A DNA stretch of 64,000 bases from Alphaproteobacteria bacterium (GCA_900768185.1 CAAGCB010000029.1:204856-268855); one strand, 5' to 3'. Numbered from the stretch's first letter, positions 44,561-57,117 are shown. The notes: generated by a model from the letters alone, not told the origin. Made by a program: numbers and translations.

Positions 44561-45466
44561 ATGTGGTACTGCCTGTCGGGAAACCGGAAATACGGTCCCT
44601 TTTCCGTTGAAGACGCCAACCGTTTCATTCAGTCCCGCCCCGACTGTCTGGTCTGGCGCGAAGGCATGCCCGAATGGACGCCCGCCGAAAGATTCGCCGC
44701 TTTGGCGAATCAAAACGAAGTATCGCCGCCGTCGGGGGCGTTTTTCGATTCCGGACTTGACTTTAAAATCCGCGGCGATGACATGCAATACGTTGAAATC
44801 GCGCTGAACGCGGGCGAATCCGTTATCGCCGAACCCGGCGCGATGATTTACAAAGGGATTTTCGTCAAACCGTCGGCTTTGCTGGGAACAAATCGGCAGA
44901 GCTTTTTCGGAAAACTGGTCGGCGCGGGCAAGCGCGTTTTATCGGGCGAGCGGGCTTTTCTGACGGTATTCGTGAACACGGGCGACGAATTGGCGCAGGT
45001 CGCCTTTTCCGCCCCCTACCCCGGCAAAATCATTCCCGTTTCACTGGCGGGAATCGGCGGGGAACTGATTTGCCAGCGCGACAGTTTCCTTTGCGCGCAA
45101 TCGGACGTCGACATCGGCGTGTTTTTTCAAAAAAAGCTGTCGACGGCATTGTTCGGCGGACAAGGGTTCGTCATGCAACGCCTGACGGGGGACGGAGTCG
45201 CCTTTATCCACGCGGGCGGAACAATCGGCGAAATCGATTTGGCGGACGGGGAATCGATTCAGATCGACGTCGGTTGTCTGGCGGCTTTTCAGCCGTCCGT
45301 CCGGTTTGACATCTGCGGCGCGGGGGATTTGAAAACCCAGATTTTCGGCGGTTCCGGACTGTTCTACGCGGATTTGCTGGGACCGGGAAAAGTCTGGGTG
45401 CAATCCCTGCCGTTTTCGCGTCTGGCGGGACGTTTGGGCGCCCAAATCGCCCCGAAAAGAAAATAA
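44561..45466 (+). CDS. DUF4339 (GYF-like) N-terminal domain fused to an AIM24/DUF124 family domain
   Basis: MWYCLSGNRKYGPFSVEDANRFI....WREGMPEW (DUF4339 pattern), then an AIM24-like beta-rich region with G-rich loops. Confidence 0.6.
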   Translation: MWYCLSGNRKYGPFSVEDANRFIQSRPDCLVWREGMPEWTPAERFAALANQNEVSPPSGAFFDSGLDFKIRGDDMQYVEIALNAGESVIAEPGAMIYKGIFVKPSALLGTNRQSFFGKLVGAGKRVLSGERAFLTVFVNTGDELAQVAFSAPYPGKIIPVSLAGIGGELICQRDSFLCAQSDVDIGVFFQKKLSTALFGGQGFVMQRLTGDGVAFIHAGGTIGEIDLADGESIQIDVGCLAAFQPSVRFDICGAGDLKTQIFGGSGLFYADLLGPGKVWVQSLPFSRLAGRLGAQIAPKRK

Positions 45467-45490
45467 ATGCGGGCAAAGCTAAATATTCTG

Positions 45491-45520
45491 TTGACAAATC
45501 CGCGATTATCCGCCTATAAA
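45491..45520 (+). promoter_or_regulatory. Sigma70-type promoter candidate for rplU-rpmA: TTGACA-N18-TATAAA
   Basis: Read directly, about 55 nt upstream of the rplU start. Confidence 0.4.
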
Positions 45521-45574
45521 AGGCTCTCACTAAGGCGGAAACGTGTTTTCTGCTTTTTGTTATGAATTTCTAAG

Positions 45575-45886
45575 ATGGTGAAGAAAATGTTCGCAGTTAT
45601 TAAGACAGGCGGCAAGCAGTACAAGGTCGCAAAGGATGATACGATCGTCGTTGAGAAGCTCAATGCGGAAATCGGCTCTACTGTGACATTTGACAATGTG
45701 CTTGCCCTTGATGAAAAAATCGGCACGCCCAATATCGCCGGCGCCAAAGTTTCCGCCAAGGTCGTCAAACAGACCCGCGACGATACCGTTATCGTTTTCA
45801 AAAAGAAACGCCGTCAGGGCTATCGCCGTAAAAACGGTCATCGCCAGCATATCTCGATCGTCAAGATTACGGATATCGCCGAATAA
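45575..45886 (+). CDS. rplU: 50S ribosomal protein L21
   Basis: [14 protein letters not shown]... canonical L21. Confidence 0.9.
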   Translation: MVKKMFAVIKTGGKQYKVAKDDTIVVEKLNAEIGSTVTFDNVLALDEKIGTPNIAGAKVSAKVVKQTRDDTVIVFKKKRRQGYRRKNGHRQHISIVKITDIAE

Positions 45887-45914
45887 TCCACTTTAAGGTT
45901 TAAGGAGTTACACT

Positions 45915-48410
<2,496 letters not shown>

Positions 48411-48411
48411 T

Positions 48412-49659
48412 ATGAAAGAATTGATGCTTTCCATGGCAAAAAGGGCGAAGGTCTGCGCCCGCGTTTTGGCAACCGCGCCGACAGAGCAAAAAAACAAAGC
48501 TTTGACCGCCGCCGCGAAACTGATGCGCGAACAAACGGACGCGATTCTGGCGGCGAACAGAACGGATTTGGACGCTCTGCCCCCCGACACTGCGCCCGCG
48601 ATGCGCGACCGTTTGCTGCTGACGCCCGACCGCGTCGCCGCCATGGCGCAAGGAGTGGAGGAAATCGCCGCCCTGCCCGACCCCGTCGGACGCGTTTTGG
48701 CGCGCTGGACGCGACCGAACGGATTGGAAATATCGCGCGTTTCGGTTCCCTTGGGCGTTATCGGCGTGATTTATGAAAGCCGACCGAATGTCACGGCTGA
48801 CGCGGGGGCTTTGTGCTTTAAATCCGGAAACGCGGTCATTTTGCGCGGCGGATCGGAAAGTTTTCATTCTTCGTCGAAAATCGCAGAGCTGTTGCACGCG
48901 GGACTGCGGGAAGCCGGATTGCCCGAAGATTGCGTCCAGTTCGTTCCGACGACCGACCGCGCCGCGGTGGGCGAACTGCTGAAATTGGACGAATACATCG
49001 ACGTCATCGTGCCGCGCGGCGGAAAATCGCTGATTCAGCGCATCACGGACGAAAGCCGCATTCCCTTGTTCAAACATTTGAACGGCATCTGTCACACCTA
49101 TATTCATCAGGCGGCGGACGCGGACAAAGCCCGCAAAGTCGTCTTGAACGCCAAAATGCGGCGCACGGGAACATGCAACTCGACCGAAACGATTCTGTGC
49201 GACAAGGCGGTTTCAAAAACGATTTTACCCGCCGTCCTCGATGATCTGCTGCAATCCGGTTGCGAAGTGCGCGGCGACGAACAGACGCAAACCGTCGATT
49301 CCCGCGTCGCCCCCGCGACAAAGGAAGATTGGGACACCGAATATCTGGCGCCGATCGTATCGGTTAAGATCGTTGAAAACATTGACGAAGCCGTCGAACA
49401 CATCGCGCGGCACAGTTCGCATCATACGGAATCGATTTTAACCGAAAACGCGGCGGCTGCCGAAAAATTTTTGAACGAAGTTGACAGCGCGGTCGTGATG
49501 GTGAACGCGTCGACGCAGTTTTGCGACGGCGGCGAATTCGGCATGGGGGCGGAAATAGGCATCGCCACGGGGCGGTTGCACGCCCGCGGTCCCGTCGGTT
49601 TGGAACAGTTGACAACCTTTAAATATCAGGTGCGCGGTGACGGTCAGATACGCCCGTAA
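48412..49659 (+). CDS. proA: Gamma-glutamyl phosphate reductase
   Basis: Aldehyde-dehydrogenase fold, catalytic Cys region GTCNSTETIL. Starts 1 nt after the proB stop. Confidence 0.85.
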   Translation: MKELMLSMAKRAKVCARVLATAPTEQKNKALTAAAKLMREQTDAILAANRTDLDALPPDTAPAMRDRLLLTPDRVAAMAQGVEEIAALPDPVGRVLARWTRPNGLEISRVSVPLGVIGVIYESRPNVTADAGALCFKSGNAVILRGGSESFHSSSKIAELLHAGLREAGLPEDCVQFVPTTDRAAVGELLKLDEYIDVIVPRGGKSLIQRITDESRIPLFKHLNGICHTYIHQAADADKARKVVLNAKMRRTGTCNSTETILCDKAVSKTILPAVLDDLLQSGCEVRGDEQTQTVDSRVAPATKEDWDTEYLAPIVSVKIVENIDEAVEHIARHSSHHTESILTENAAAAEKFLNEVDSAVVMVNASTQFCDGGEFGMGAEIGIATGRLHARGPVGLEQLTTFKYQVRGDGQIRP

Positions 49660-50236
49660 AACAATCGGACTGCTGGGCGGTTCGTTCAACCCCGCCCACG
49701 ACGGTCACAGATACATCAGCCTGCAAGCCTTAAAGCTGCTGGGCTTGGACGAAGTGTGGTGGCTGGTGTCGCCTTTGAATCCGTTGAAGGAAGCCAAAGA
49801 CATGGCGTCTTACGAACGGCGCGTCGCCATCGCCGAACAGGTGTCGAACCACCCGCGAATCAAGGTGTCGCAAATCGAACGCGAAATCGGCACTCGTTAC
49901 ACCGCCGACACGCTGGAACGCCTGACGGATCTGTATCCCGACGCGCGTTTCGTGTGGCTGATGGGGGCTGACAATCTGCTGGGGTTTCACCATTGGCGGC
50001 GCTGGCGGACAATCATGCGCACGGTTCCCGTTGCCGTTTTTGCCAGAAAGAATTATGCTTTGAAAGCTTTATGCGGCAAAGCGGCGCGGCTGTACCGCCT
50101 GTACCGCCGATCGCCCGACGACGCCGCCCGTCTGGCGTTTTTAAAACCGCCCGCGTGGGTATTCCTGCCGATTCGCAAACACCCCGCGTCGGCGACGGAA
50201 ATTCGAAATAAAGGGTTGTTTCAAGTAGGAGATTAA
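49637..50236 (+). CDS. nadD: Nicotinate-nucleotide adenylyltransferase
   Basis: GLLGGSFNPAHDGH (HxGH nucleotidyltransferase motif), ...SATEIR. The start may be downstream of the ORF-track start. Confidence 0.8.
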   Translation: MTVRYARKTIGLLGGSFNPAHDGHRYISLQALKLLGLDEVWWLVSPLNPLKEAKDMASYERRVAIAEQVSNHPRIKVSQIEREIGTRYTADTLERLTDLYPDARFVWLMGADNLLGFHHWRRWRTIMRTVPVAVFARKNYALKALCGKAARLYRLYRRSPDDAARLAFLKPPAWVFLPIRKHPASATEIRNKGLFQVGD

Positions 50237-50239
50237 ATC

Positions 50240-50800
50240 ATGCCCGTAAAAAAATCCGACAAAACCGCTGAAAAAACCGAAAAAGCCAAAAAAACGGCAA
50301 AAACGGCGATCAAAACCGTTAAAGCGCAAGCTGAAAAGCAAGTCGTCAAAGCGGCGAAAAAGGAAATCAAAAAAACCGTCAAAAAAACGGTCAAGAAAAT
50401 CCTGAAAGCTAAGGAAAAGAACGAAAAACTGCTGAAAAAAGCCGCAAAACCCAAGGAAAACGCCGAAGGCAAAAAAATCGTCGACTTGATCGTCAAAACG
50501 TTGGAAGACGGCAAAGGCGAAGATATCGTCGTCATCAATCTGACGGGCAAGACCGCTATCGCCGACTATCTGATCGTCGCGACCGGACGCGCGCCGCGCC
50601 ACGTCACGGCTTTGGCGGAACAGGTGCAGTTGCGTCTGAAAAAGACGGGCGTTCCCGCGTCGATCGAAGGCGAAGACGTCGGCGATTGGGTGATTGTGGA
50701 CGCGGGCGACGTGATCGTCCACGTTTTCCACCCCGAAACGCGCGAACTTTATTGCATTGAAGAATTGTGGGGCGAAGAAACGCCGCGCCGCGCGAAATAA
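50240..50800 (+). CDS. rsfS: Ribosome silencing factor RsfS (Iojap) with an about 80-aa lysine-rich N-terminal extension
   Basis: C-terminal 105 aa has the canonical RsfS core (DIVVINL...ADYLIVATGRAPRHV.A......VDAGDVIVHVF). N-terminal K/A/T/E-rich low-complexity region in the same frame, 4 nt after nadD. Confidence 0.7.
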   Translation: MPVKKSDKTAEKTEKAKKTAKTAIKTVKAQAEKQVVKAAKKEIKKTVKKTVKKILKAKEKNEKLLKKAAKPKENAEGKKIVDLIVKTLEDGKGEDIVVINLTGKTAIADYLIVATGRAPRHVTALAEQVQLRLKKTGVPASIEGEDVGDWVIVDAGDVIVHVFHPETRELYCIEELWGEETPRRAK

Positions 50801-51258
50801 TGGACATCGTCATCGCCGCCATCGGGCATATAAAGCCGAGCCCGGAACTGGATTTGTTGTCGAAATACGTCAAACAGACGCGTTGGAACGTCGTTGTGCG
50901 CGAATTTGAAGACAAGAAATCCGGTTCCGCCTTTGAACATAAAAAACGCGAAGGCGACCTGTTGCTGTCCGCCGTCCCCGCGGGGGCGAAGATTGTCGTT
51001 TTGGACGAACGCGGCAAAATGACGGGGTCGGAGGCTTTCGCGCATAAACTGGGCGCGTGGCAGGACGCGGGCGTTCCCGCCGTCGCTTTTTTGATCGGCG
51101 GCGCGGACGGACACACGGAAGAAATCCGGCAAAAAGCGGATTACCTGTTGGCGTTCGGCGAAATGACATGGCCGCACATGCTGGCGCGCGTGATGCTGAC
51201 CGAACAGATCTACCGCGCTAAAACGATTTTAGACGGTCACCCGTATCACCGCGCATAA
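50800..51258 (+). CDS. rlmH: 23S rRNA (pseudouridine1915-N3)-methyltransferase RlmH
   Basis: SPOUT family, about 152 aa. Start overlaps the rsfS stop (TAATG). Confidence 0.85.
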   Translation: MDIVIAAIGHIKPSPELDLLSKYVKQTRWNVVVREFEDKKSGSAFEHKKREGDLLLSAVPAGAKIVVLDERGKMTGSEAFAHKLGAWQDAGVPAVAFLIGGADGHTEEIRQKADYLLAFGEMTWPHMLARVMLTEQIYRAKTILDGHPYHRA

Positions 51259-51260
51259 AA

Positions 51261-51288
51261 AAACGCCCCGAAGGGCGTTTTTTTTATC
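51261..51288. terminator. Rho-independent bidirectional terminator, AAAAACGCCCC-GAAG-GGGCGTTTTTTTT
   Basis: Read directly. Lies between convergent rlmH and the CoA-transferase gene. Confidence 0.6.
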
Positions 51289-52486
51289 AAACGGCGCCGT
51301 CAGACTTCAACGCCGCGATATCGTCGTCGGTCAATCCCAAATGCCGCAGAATTTCGTCCGTATCCTGTCCCAGATCGGGAGCGGCGGGACGCGTTTTGCC
51401 GTCGTCGGGCAGACTGTTCATTTTAATCGGACACGCGATCGTTTTCAGTCCCTTTAATTCGGGGGATTGCATTTCGACCAACATTCGGCGCGCCATGATT
51501 TGCGGATCTTCGCAAACCTCTTTCAAATCTTGAATCAGGGAAACGGGAATGGCGTTCTTTTCCAACAGATCCACCCAATGCGCGGCGGTGTCGGTGATAA
51601 AAACCGATTGCAGCGCCTTGCCCAGCTCTTCGACGTTGTCATGACGCGCGGCGGTTGTCGAAAACCGTTCGTCCGTCCCGATTTCAGGGTGTCCGATCGC
51701 GGCGCACAAACGCTGAAACATCGCTTCGCCCGCGATTGCCGCCAGAACGAACGGGCGATCGGAGGCGTTGAAAGACTGAAACGGCGCTTCGGTCGCATGG
51801 CGGCAACCGACGGGTTTCGGCGGAATCTTCGTCGCCTGATAGCGCATCATCGCGCTTTCCAGCATCGCCACCTGACAATCCAGCATGGAAATGTCGATAT
51901 GTTCGCCGTCGTTTGTTTTTTCACGGCGGTAAAGCGCGGTCGTTATCGCCGTCGCCGCGAACACCCCCGCCAAAACATCGCTGAGCGACACGCCGACCAT
52001 CATCGGATCGCCGTCGGGATAGCCCGTCAGGCTCATAATCCCGCCGCGCGCCTGCGCCAAAATATCATAAGAGGGTTTCAGCGCGTCGGGTCCCGTTTGA
52101 CCGAATCCCGAAATCGACGCGTAAATCAACCGCGGATTGATTTTTTTCGCATTGTCATAATCCAAACCGAATTTCGCCATCACGCCGGGACGGAAGTTTT
52201 CGACCAGCACGTCCGTTTCGGCGATCAATTTTTTCAAAACATTGACGGCGCCGGGGGCTTTCATATTCAGCGTCAGGCTTTTTTTACCGCCGTTGACGGA
52301 TTCGAAATACAAACTTTTGTTCGCCATGAACGGCTGGAACAAACGCGAATCGTCGCCGTGCGCGGGGTTTTCGACCTTGATGACCTCCGCGCCGAGATCA
52401 AACAGCATCTGCGCGCAGTAGGGACCCGCCAGAACACGGGTTAAATCCAACACTTTAACGCCCGAAAGCGGTTTGCTTTGCGTCAT
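51287..52486 (-). CDS. CoA-transferase family III (CaiB/BaiF; formyl-CoA transferase-like)
   Basis: N-terminal LSGVKVLDLTRVLAGPYCAQMLFDLGAEVIKVE, the family signature. About 399 aa. Confidence 0.8.
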   Translation of the reverse strand: MTQSKPLSGVKVLDLTRVLAGPYCAQMLFDLGAEVIKVENPAHGDDSRLFQPFMANKSLYFESVNGGKKSLTLNMKAPGAVNVLKKLIAETDVLVENFRPGVMAKFGLDYDNAKKINPRLIYASISGFGQTGPDALKPSYDILAQARGGIMSLTGYPDGDPMMVGVSLSDVLAGVFAATAITTALYRREKTNDGEHIDISMLDCQVAMLESAMMRYQATKIPPKPVGCRHATEAPFQSFNASDRPFVLAAIAGEAMFQRLCAAIGHPEIGTDERFSTTAARHDNVEELGKALQSVFITDTAAHWVDLLEKNAIPVSLIQDLKEVCEDPQIMARRMLVEMQSPELKGLKTIACPIKMNSLPDDGKTRPAAPDLGQDTDEILRHLGLTDDDIAALKSDGAV

Positions 52487-52513
52487 GAAAAAGCTCCTTT
52501 GACAAAAGGGGGG

Positions 52514-53413
52514 TCAGTCCCGATCCGCCGATTTGCGGGGAAAGGGAACGGGATCCATCGCCGGATGCGGACAGCGCAACATTTCGATCAGATTGATCAG
52601 CGTCGCGCGGATTTTGCGGCGATCGACCACCATATCGACCATGCCGTGTTCGCGCAGATATTCGGCGCGCTGGAATCCTTCGGGCAGACTGGCGCGAATC
52701 GTCTGTTCAATCACGCGCGCGCCCGCAAAACCGATCAAAGCGTCCGGTTCGGCGATCGCGATGTCGCCCAGCATGGCGAACGACGCAGACACGCCGCCCA
52801 TCGTCGGATCGGTCAAAATCACGAAATAGGGCAAGCCCTTTTCCTTTAATTTCCGCACAGCCATCGTCGTGCGCGCCATTTGCATCAGGGACAGAATGCC
52901 TTCCTGCATGCGGGCGCCGCCCGATGCGGGGATCAAGATCAGCGACGCGTCCTGTAAAATCGCCAGTTCCGCGGCGGCGACGATGCTTTCGCCGACGGCG
53001 GTTCCCATCGAACCGCCCATAAAAGCGAAATTGAAAACGCCGACGACAACCCTGTTGGCACCCATTTCACCCGTCGCGACCAAAATGGCGTCGTTTTCCT
53101 TTGTTTTGCGGCGGGCGTCTTTCAGCCTGTCGGAATAATCCTTCAAATCGGAAAAGTTCAAGGGGTCTTCTTTGACTTCGGGCAATTCGATCAGATTGTA
53201 TTTGCCGTCGTCAAACATCATTTCCAACCGTTTGCGCGGTTCGATACGCATGTGATGACCGCATTGCGGGCAGATTTTGAAATTCTGTTCCAATTCGCGG
53301 TGATAAATCATCGCGCCGCAAGACGGACATTTTTCCCACAGATTGTCGGGAATTTCCTTCGCGCCGACCAAACTTTGCAGTTTCGGACGGACATAGCTGG
53401 TCAACCAATTCAT
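52514..53413 (-). CDS. accD: Acetyl-CoA carboxylase carboxyltransferase beta subunit
   Basis: Zn-ribbon CPSCGAMIYHRELEQNFKICPQCGHHMR followed by the carboxyltransferase domain. Start at the internal MNWLTSY. Confidence 0.85.
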   Translation of the reverse strand: MNWLTSYVRPKLQSLVGAKEIPDNLWEKCPSCGAMIYHRELEQNFKICPQCGHHMRIEPRKRLEMMFDDGKYNLIELPEVKEDPLNFSDLKDYSDRLKDARRKTKENDAILVATGEMGANRVVVGVFNFAFMGGSMGTAVGESIVAAAELAILQDASLILIPASGGARMQEGILSLMQMARTTMAVRKLKEKGLPYFVILTDPTMGGVSASFAMLGDIAIAEPDALIGFAGARVIEQTIRASLPEGFQRAEYLREHGMVDMVVDRRKIRATLINLIEMLRCPHPAMDPVPFPRKSADRD

Positions 53414-53480
53414 CTTGACACCTTTACGATACGTTCCGTAATGACTGATGCGGGAAACATAAAGCGACAAACGCCATTAG

Positions 53481-53783
53481 TCAAAGGTTTTCGGCGTTCT
53501 GCCGCTTTTCTGATTCGATTTGTTCCAGTTTTTTGGTCAGTTCCTTGATTTTTTTCGCCTGCTGATAGCGGTCGTTTCTGACGGGAATCGCCAAAATCCA
53601 GCTGTAAATTCCGCCGAAAACAAAAAACAGCAAAGCAAACGCCAGCACGATAAAGCTGACCGGCAACGTGATTTCATAGGGGAAAGGCCACAGCGTCAGC
53701 GCAAACTCCTGCTTATTCGACACGGCGAACGAAACCGTGAAAAACAGAACGACGCAGGTAAAAACGAAATTGATGATTTTCAA
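53481..53783 (-). CDS. LapA/DUF1049-family small inner-membrane protein
   Basis: Two TM helices plus a C-terminal coiled charged tail. Position after ihfB is conserved in alphaproteobacteria. Confidence 0.5.
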   Translation of the reverse strand: MKIINFVFTCVVLFFTVSFAVSNKQEFALTLWPFPYEITLPVSFIVLAFALLFFVFGGIYSWILAIPVRNDRYQQAKKIKELTKKLEQIESEKRQNAENL

Positions 53784-53795
53784 GGCTTTAAATCC

Positions 53796-54083
53796 TTATT
53801 CTTCCTCGGCGTTCAGGCGATCTTTCAGCCGTTTGCCCGCCTTGAAAAAGGGGACGTTTTTGGCTTCGACGCTGACCTTTTCGCCAGTTCTGGGATTGCG
53901 CCCCGCGCGGGCGTTTCTGGCGCGGACGGAAAAAACGCCGAAACCGCGCAATTCGACCCGTTTTCCTTCGGACAGGGCGGCGGCGATTTCGTCAAACACG
54001 GTCGACACGATTTTTTCGGCGTCGCTTTGGTACAGATGCGGATTCAGTTCGGCGATTCGCGCTATCAATTCGGATTTTGTCAT
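53796..54083 (-). CDS. ihfB: Integration host factor beta subunit
   Basis: [12 protein letters not shown]...[31 protein letters not shown] canonical HU/IHF fold. Confidence 0.85.
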   Translation of the reverse strand: MTKSELIARIAELNPHLYQSDAEKIVSTVFDEIAAALSEGKRVELRGFGVFSVRARNARAGRNPRTGEKVSVEAKNVPFFKAGKRLKDRLNAEEE

Positions 54084-54255
54084 CTTCAACCCCGCTGAGT
54101 GTTTTAAAACTGGCATCTATCTTGCCAAAGGAACGCCCCAGCGTCAACGGTATTCGAAAAAATTTAATCCAAAGTCTTTCTAATGATTGAATTTTCCGCA
54201 TTTTTATTTTAAAAAATAAGGGAATCCAGTTAGCGCATTTTCAAGGACGACGGAT

Positions 54256-55983
54256 ATGAGTGGTGATCAGGTTTGGGAACTGTTGGCGTTTTTGGCGGCA
54301 GTCGTTATTTTTATCCCTGTTTTTTATCGTTTGAAAGTCAATCCGCTGTTGGCGTTTATCGTCGCGGGCATCGTTCTGGGTCCCCACATGCTGGGACTGA
54401 TCAAAGACACGCACGTCACCGAAAATATCGGCGAGCTCGGTCTGCTGTTTCTGATGTTCACCATCGGACTTGATTTGTCGTTCCACCGGTTCAAGGCGAT
54501 GCGCCTGTACATCTTCGGTTTCGGGCTGATGCAGCTGTTGCTGACGGCGGCGGTCATCGGCGGCGCGGCGTTTTTGATGCACAAAACGCTGAACGAATCC
54601 ATCATCATCGGGTTGGGGCTTGCCATGTCGTCGACGGCGATCGCCCTGCGTCTGATGCAGGAACGCGGCGAAATACACACCGACGCCGGACGCGCGACGG
54701 TCGGCATTCTGCTGATGCAGGATCTGGCGGTGATCCCCATCATGGTTTTGTTGCCGCGCATGGCGCAGACCAATTCGACCGCCATCGGCAACATGGGACA
54801 GGCGTTCACGCAGGCGATCGGCGCGGTCACGCTGATTATGGTCATCGGACGCATGGTCGTGAAGCCGCTGTTCAAGATCATCGTTTCCACCAAAAACGCC
54901 GAAGCGTTCACCGCGGTCACGTTCTTTACCTTTTTGGCGACGGCGTGGGCGACGAACGCGGCGGGGCTGTCCATTTCTCTGGGCGCGTTTCTGGCGGGCA
55001 TGCTGATCGCCGAAACGGATTTCGGTCACGAAGTCGAAGCCGAAATCGCATCGTTCAGCGGCATGTTGCTGGGGATTTTCTTTCTGTCCGTCGGCATGAT
55101 GATCGACATTCACTACGCATGGACGCACATTTTGCAGATCCTGTTGCTGACCGCGGCGGTCATGATCGCCAAATTCGGCGTTTTGTACGCGATCGAACGC
55201 TATATGAAAATCAACAAGGGCGGATCGATCACGTCGTCCGTCATGATGTGTCAGGCGGGCGAGTTCGGTTTCGTCGTGTTCAATCTGGCGGCGCAGAATT
55301 TCCATTTGATGAGCACGCAAACGTCTTCGCTGTTGCAGGTTGTCATCGCGTTGTCGATGTCGCTGACGCCGTTTGTCAGCTCGTTCGTCCTGAAAGTTCT
55401 GGACAAGCGGCGCGCGGCTGAAAACGCGGCGAAAAACGAAACCGTCCCCGAAGACATCGCCGACGACGAAGAAAAAGAACTGGAAAACCACGTTCTGCTG
55501 ATCGGCTACGGTCGCGTGGGACAGGCGGCGGCGCGCATGCTGGCGCGCAACGACGTGCCGTTCATCGTGCTGGATACGGACGTGCCGCACATCGAACGCG
55601 CCAAGAAGAACAACCGCGACTATATGTTCGGCAACGCGGGCAACCCCCGCATTCTGGAAGCCGCCAACATCGCCAAAGCCAAAGCCGTCATGATTTGCAT
55701 CAGCGGTTTGCCGTCGGCGATTCGCGTTTTGCAGGCGGTACGCGAAATTTCATCGTCAATCCCCGTGTTCATGCGGTGCAACGACGACACGCGCTGGGGC
55801 GAACTGGTGCGTCTGGGCGCGACGGGCGTGATTTCCGAAACGCAGGAATGCGGTATCCGTCTGGCGGCGGCGACGGTTCTTTGTTTGGACGGCGATGAAG
55901 ACAGACTGCGCGAAACCGCCGCCGTATTGCGTCAGGAAAACACGGTCAACGCTTCGTTGCCGACGGTCGGCACGGGGGCTTGA
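54256..55983 (+). CDS. kefB: CPA2 monovalent cation:proton antiporter with C-terminal RCK/TrkA-N domain (KefB/KefC-like)
   Basis: 12-13 TM Na_H_Exchanger region, then LLIGYGRVGQAAARML Rossmann (TrkA-N). Confidence 0.8.
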   Translation: MSGDQVWELLAFLAAVVIFIPVFYRLKVNPLLAFIVAGIVLGPHMLGLIKDTHVTENIGELGLLFLMFTIGLDLSFHRFKAMRLYIFGFGLMQLLLTAAVIGGAAFLMHKTLNESIIIGLGLAMSSTAIALRLMQERGEIHTDAGRATVGILLMQDLAVIPIMVLLPRMAQTNSTAIGNMGQAFTQAIGAVTLIMVIGRMVVKPLFKIIVSTKNAEAFTAVTFFTFLATAWATNAAGLSISLGAFLAGMLIAETDFGHEVEAEIASFSGMLLGIFFLSVGMMIDIHYAWTHILQILLLTAAVMIAKFGVLYAIERYMKINKGGSITSSVMMCQAGEFGFVVFNLAAQNFHLMSTQTSSLLQVVIALSMSLTPFVSSFVLKVLDKRRAAENAAKNETVPEDIADDEEKELENHVLLIGYGRVGQAAARMLARNDVPFIVLDTDVPHIERAKKNNRDYMFGNAGNPRILEAANIAKAKAVMICISGLPSAIRVLQAVREISSSIPVFMRCNDDTRWGELVRLGATGVISETQECGIRLAAATVLCLDGDEDRLRETAAVLRQENTVNASLPTVGTGA

Positions 55984-55993
55984 TTCAATCGGA

Positions 55994-56710
55994 TCACAAA
56001 ACGGGAGCCTGCGGTTTTATCGTGCGCGGATCCAGTTGCAAAACGTCTTGCAGGGCGGAAATGCGCGCGTGGACGACGGTCAGCCACGGATCTTCGGCAG
56101 ACAGGGTCTGTTCCAAATACCGCCACAACGCCAGCGCTTTTCGCGGCTCTTTGTTTTGCAATCGCGCCAACCCCATGAAATAGACGGCTTTCGGATCGTC
56201 GGGACGATAGCGCAAAACGTTTTCCAGCGCTTTTTGCGCTTCACCCGTAATGCGCCCGTTGTTGGCTTGGATAATCGTTTCCGCCAGCGCGTGCCAATTT
56301 GAAATGTCTTGCGGAATCCCCCATTCGATCGCGTTGCGGTATGCCGTCGCGGCTTGATCGTAATATCCCGCGCCGCGATAAGCTTCCGCCAGACGCTGCC
56401 AGACGCCGCCGTCATCGGGCGTCGCCGACAGATAGCGTTCCAGCCGTCTGATTTTCGCCATGCGGGTTGTCTGCGTTTCCGCCTCCAGCGTATCGCGCGC
56501 GTTCAGGGGATAATCCGGCATCATTACCCTGCCCTGCCTGCCGTACAGAACCGGCACCAGAACCGCGAACAGAAAAAACACGAAACCGATATAGAACTTC
56601 TTGGCGTTTCCGGCTTTGCCGCGCCCGCGGTTCAGCGGTAAAATCGGAAAGATGAACAGTGTCAGCGCGCCGATGGTCATCAACAGCAAAGCGGTCAAAA
56701 ACAGTATCAT
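55994..56710 (-). CDS. ccmI: Cytochrome c-type biogenesis protein CcmI/CycH (TPR)
   Basis: N-terminal TM plus TPR repeats. Last gene of the ccmF-G-H cluster. Confidence 0.6.
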   Translation of the reverse strand: MILFLTALLLMTIGALTLFIFPILPLNRGRGKAGNAKKFYIGFVFFLFAVLVPVLYGRQGRVMMPDYPLNARDTLEAETQTTRMAKIRRLERYLSATPDDGGVWQRLAEAYRGAGYYDQAATAYRNAIEWGIPQDISNWHALAETIIQANNGRITGEAQKALENVLRYRPDDPKAVYFMGLARLQNKEPRKALALWRYLEQTLSAEDPWLTVVHARISALQDVLQLDPRTIKPQAPVL

Positions 56711-56721
56711 GGCTTTTTTCC

Positions 56722-57117
56722 TCAGGCTTGAAAATTTTTGGAACGCCGCCTGATGTAAAACGCCATCGCGGCAAGACAGACGACGAACGACGCGACAACA
56801 AACAGCCGTTCGTTTTCGGCGTTCGGGACGGGCGAATCCTCCAGCGAAATCATGTCGCCGTACTGCGCCAGCAACAACCGGACAACCATGTCTTGCGTTT
56901 TTCCGTCGGTCAAATGTTTGCGGATAAACAGACGCATATCCGCCGCGGTTTCATCGCCCGCCGCTTCGATATTTTCGTCGGAACAGACCAGACAGCGCAA
57001 ACGATCGGCGATTTCCAACGCCTCGGTTTCGACCGACGCGGCGTCGTTTTCTTCGGCAAGCGCGGACGCGCCGAACAAAATCAGCACGGGGAAAAGGATT
57101 TTAAAAAGCTTTTTCAT
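56722..57117 (-). CDS. ccmH: Cytochrome c-type biogenesis protein CcmH/CycL
   Basis: Signal peptide, LRCLVC (LRCxxC motif), C-terminal TM. Confidence 0.7.
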   Translation of the reverse strand: MKKLFKILFPVLILFGASALAEENDAASVETEALEIADRLRCLVCSDENIEAAGDETAADMRLFIRKHLTDGKTQDMVVRLLLAQYGDMISLEDSPVPNAENERLFVVASFVVCLAAMAFYIRRRSKNFQA

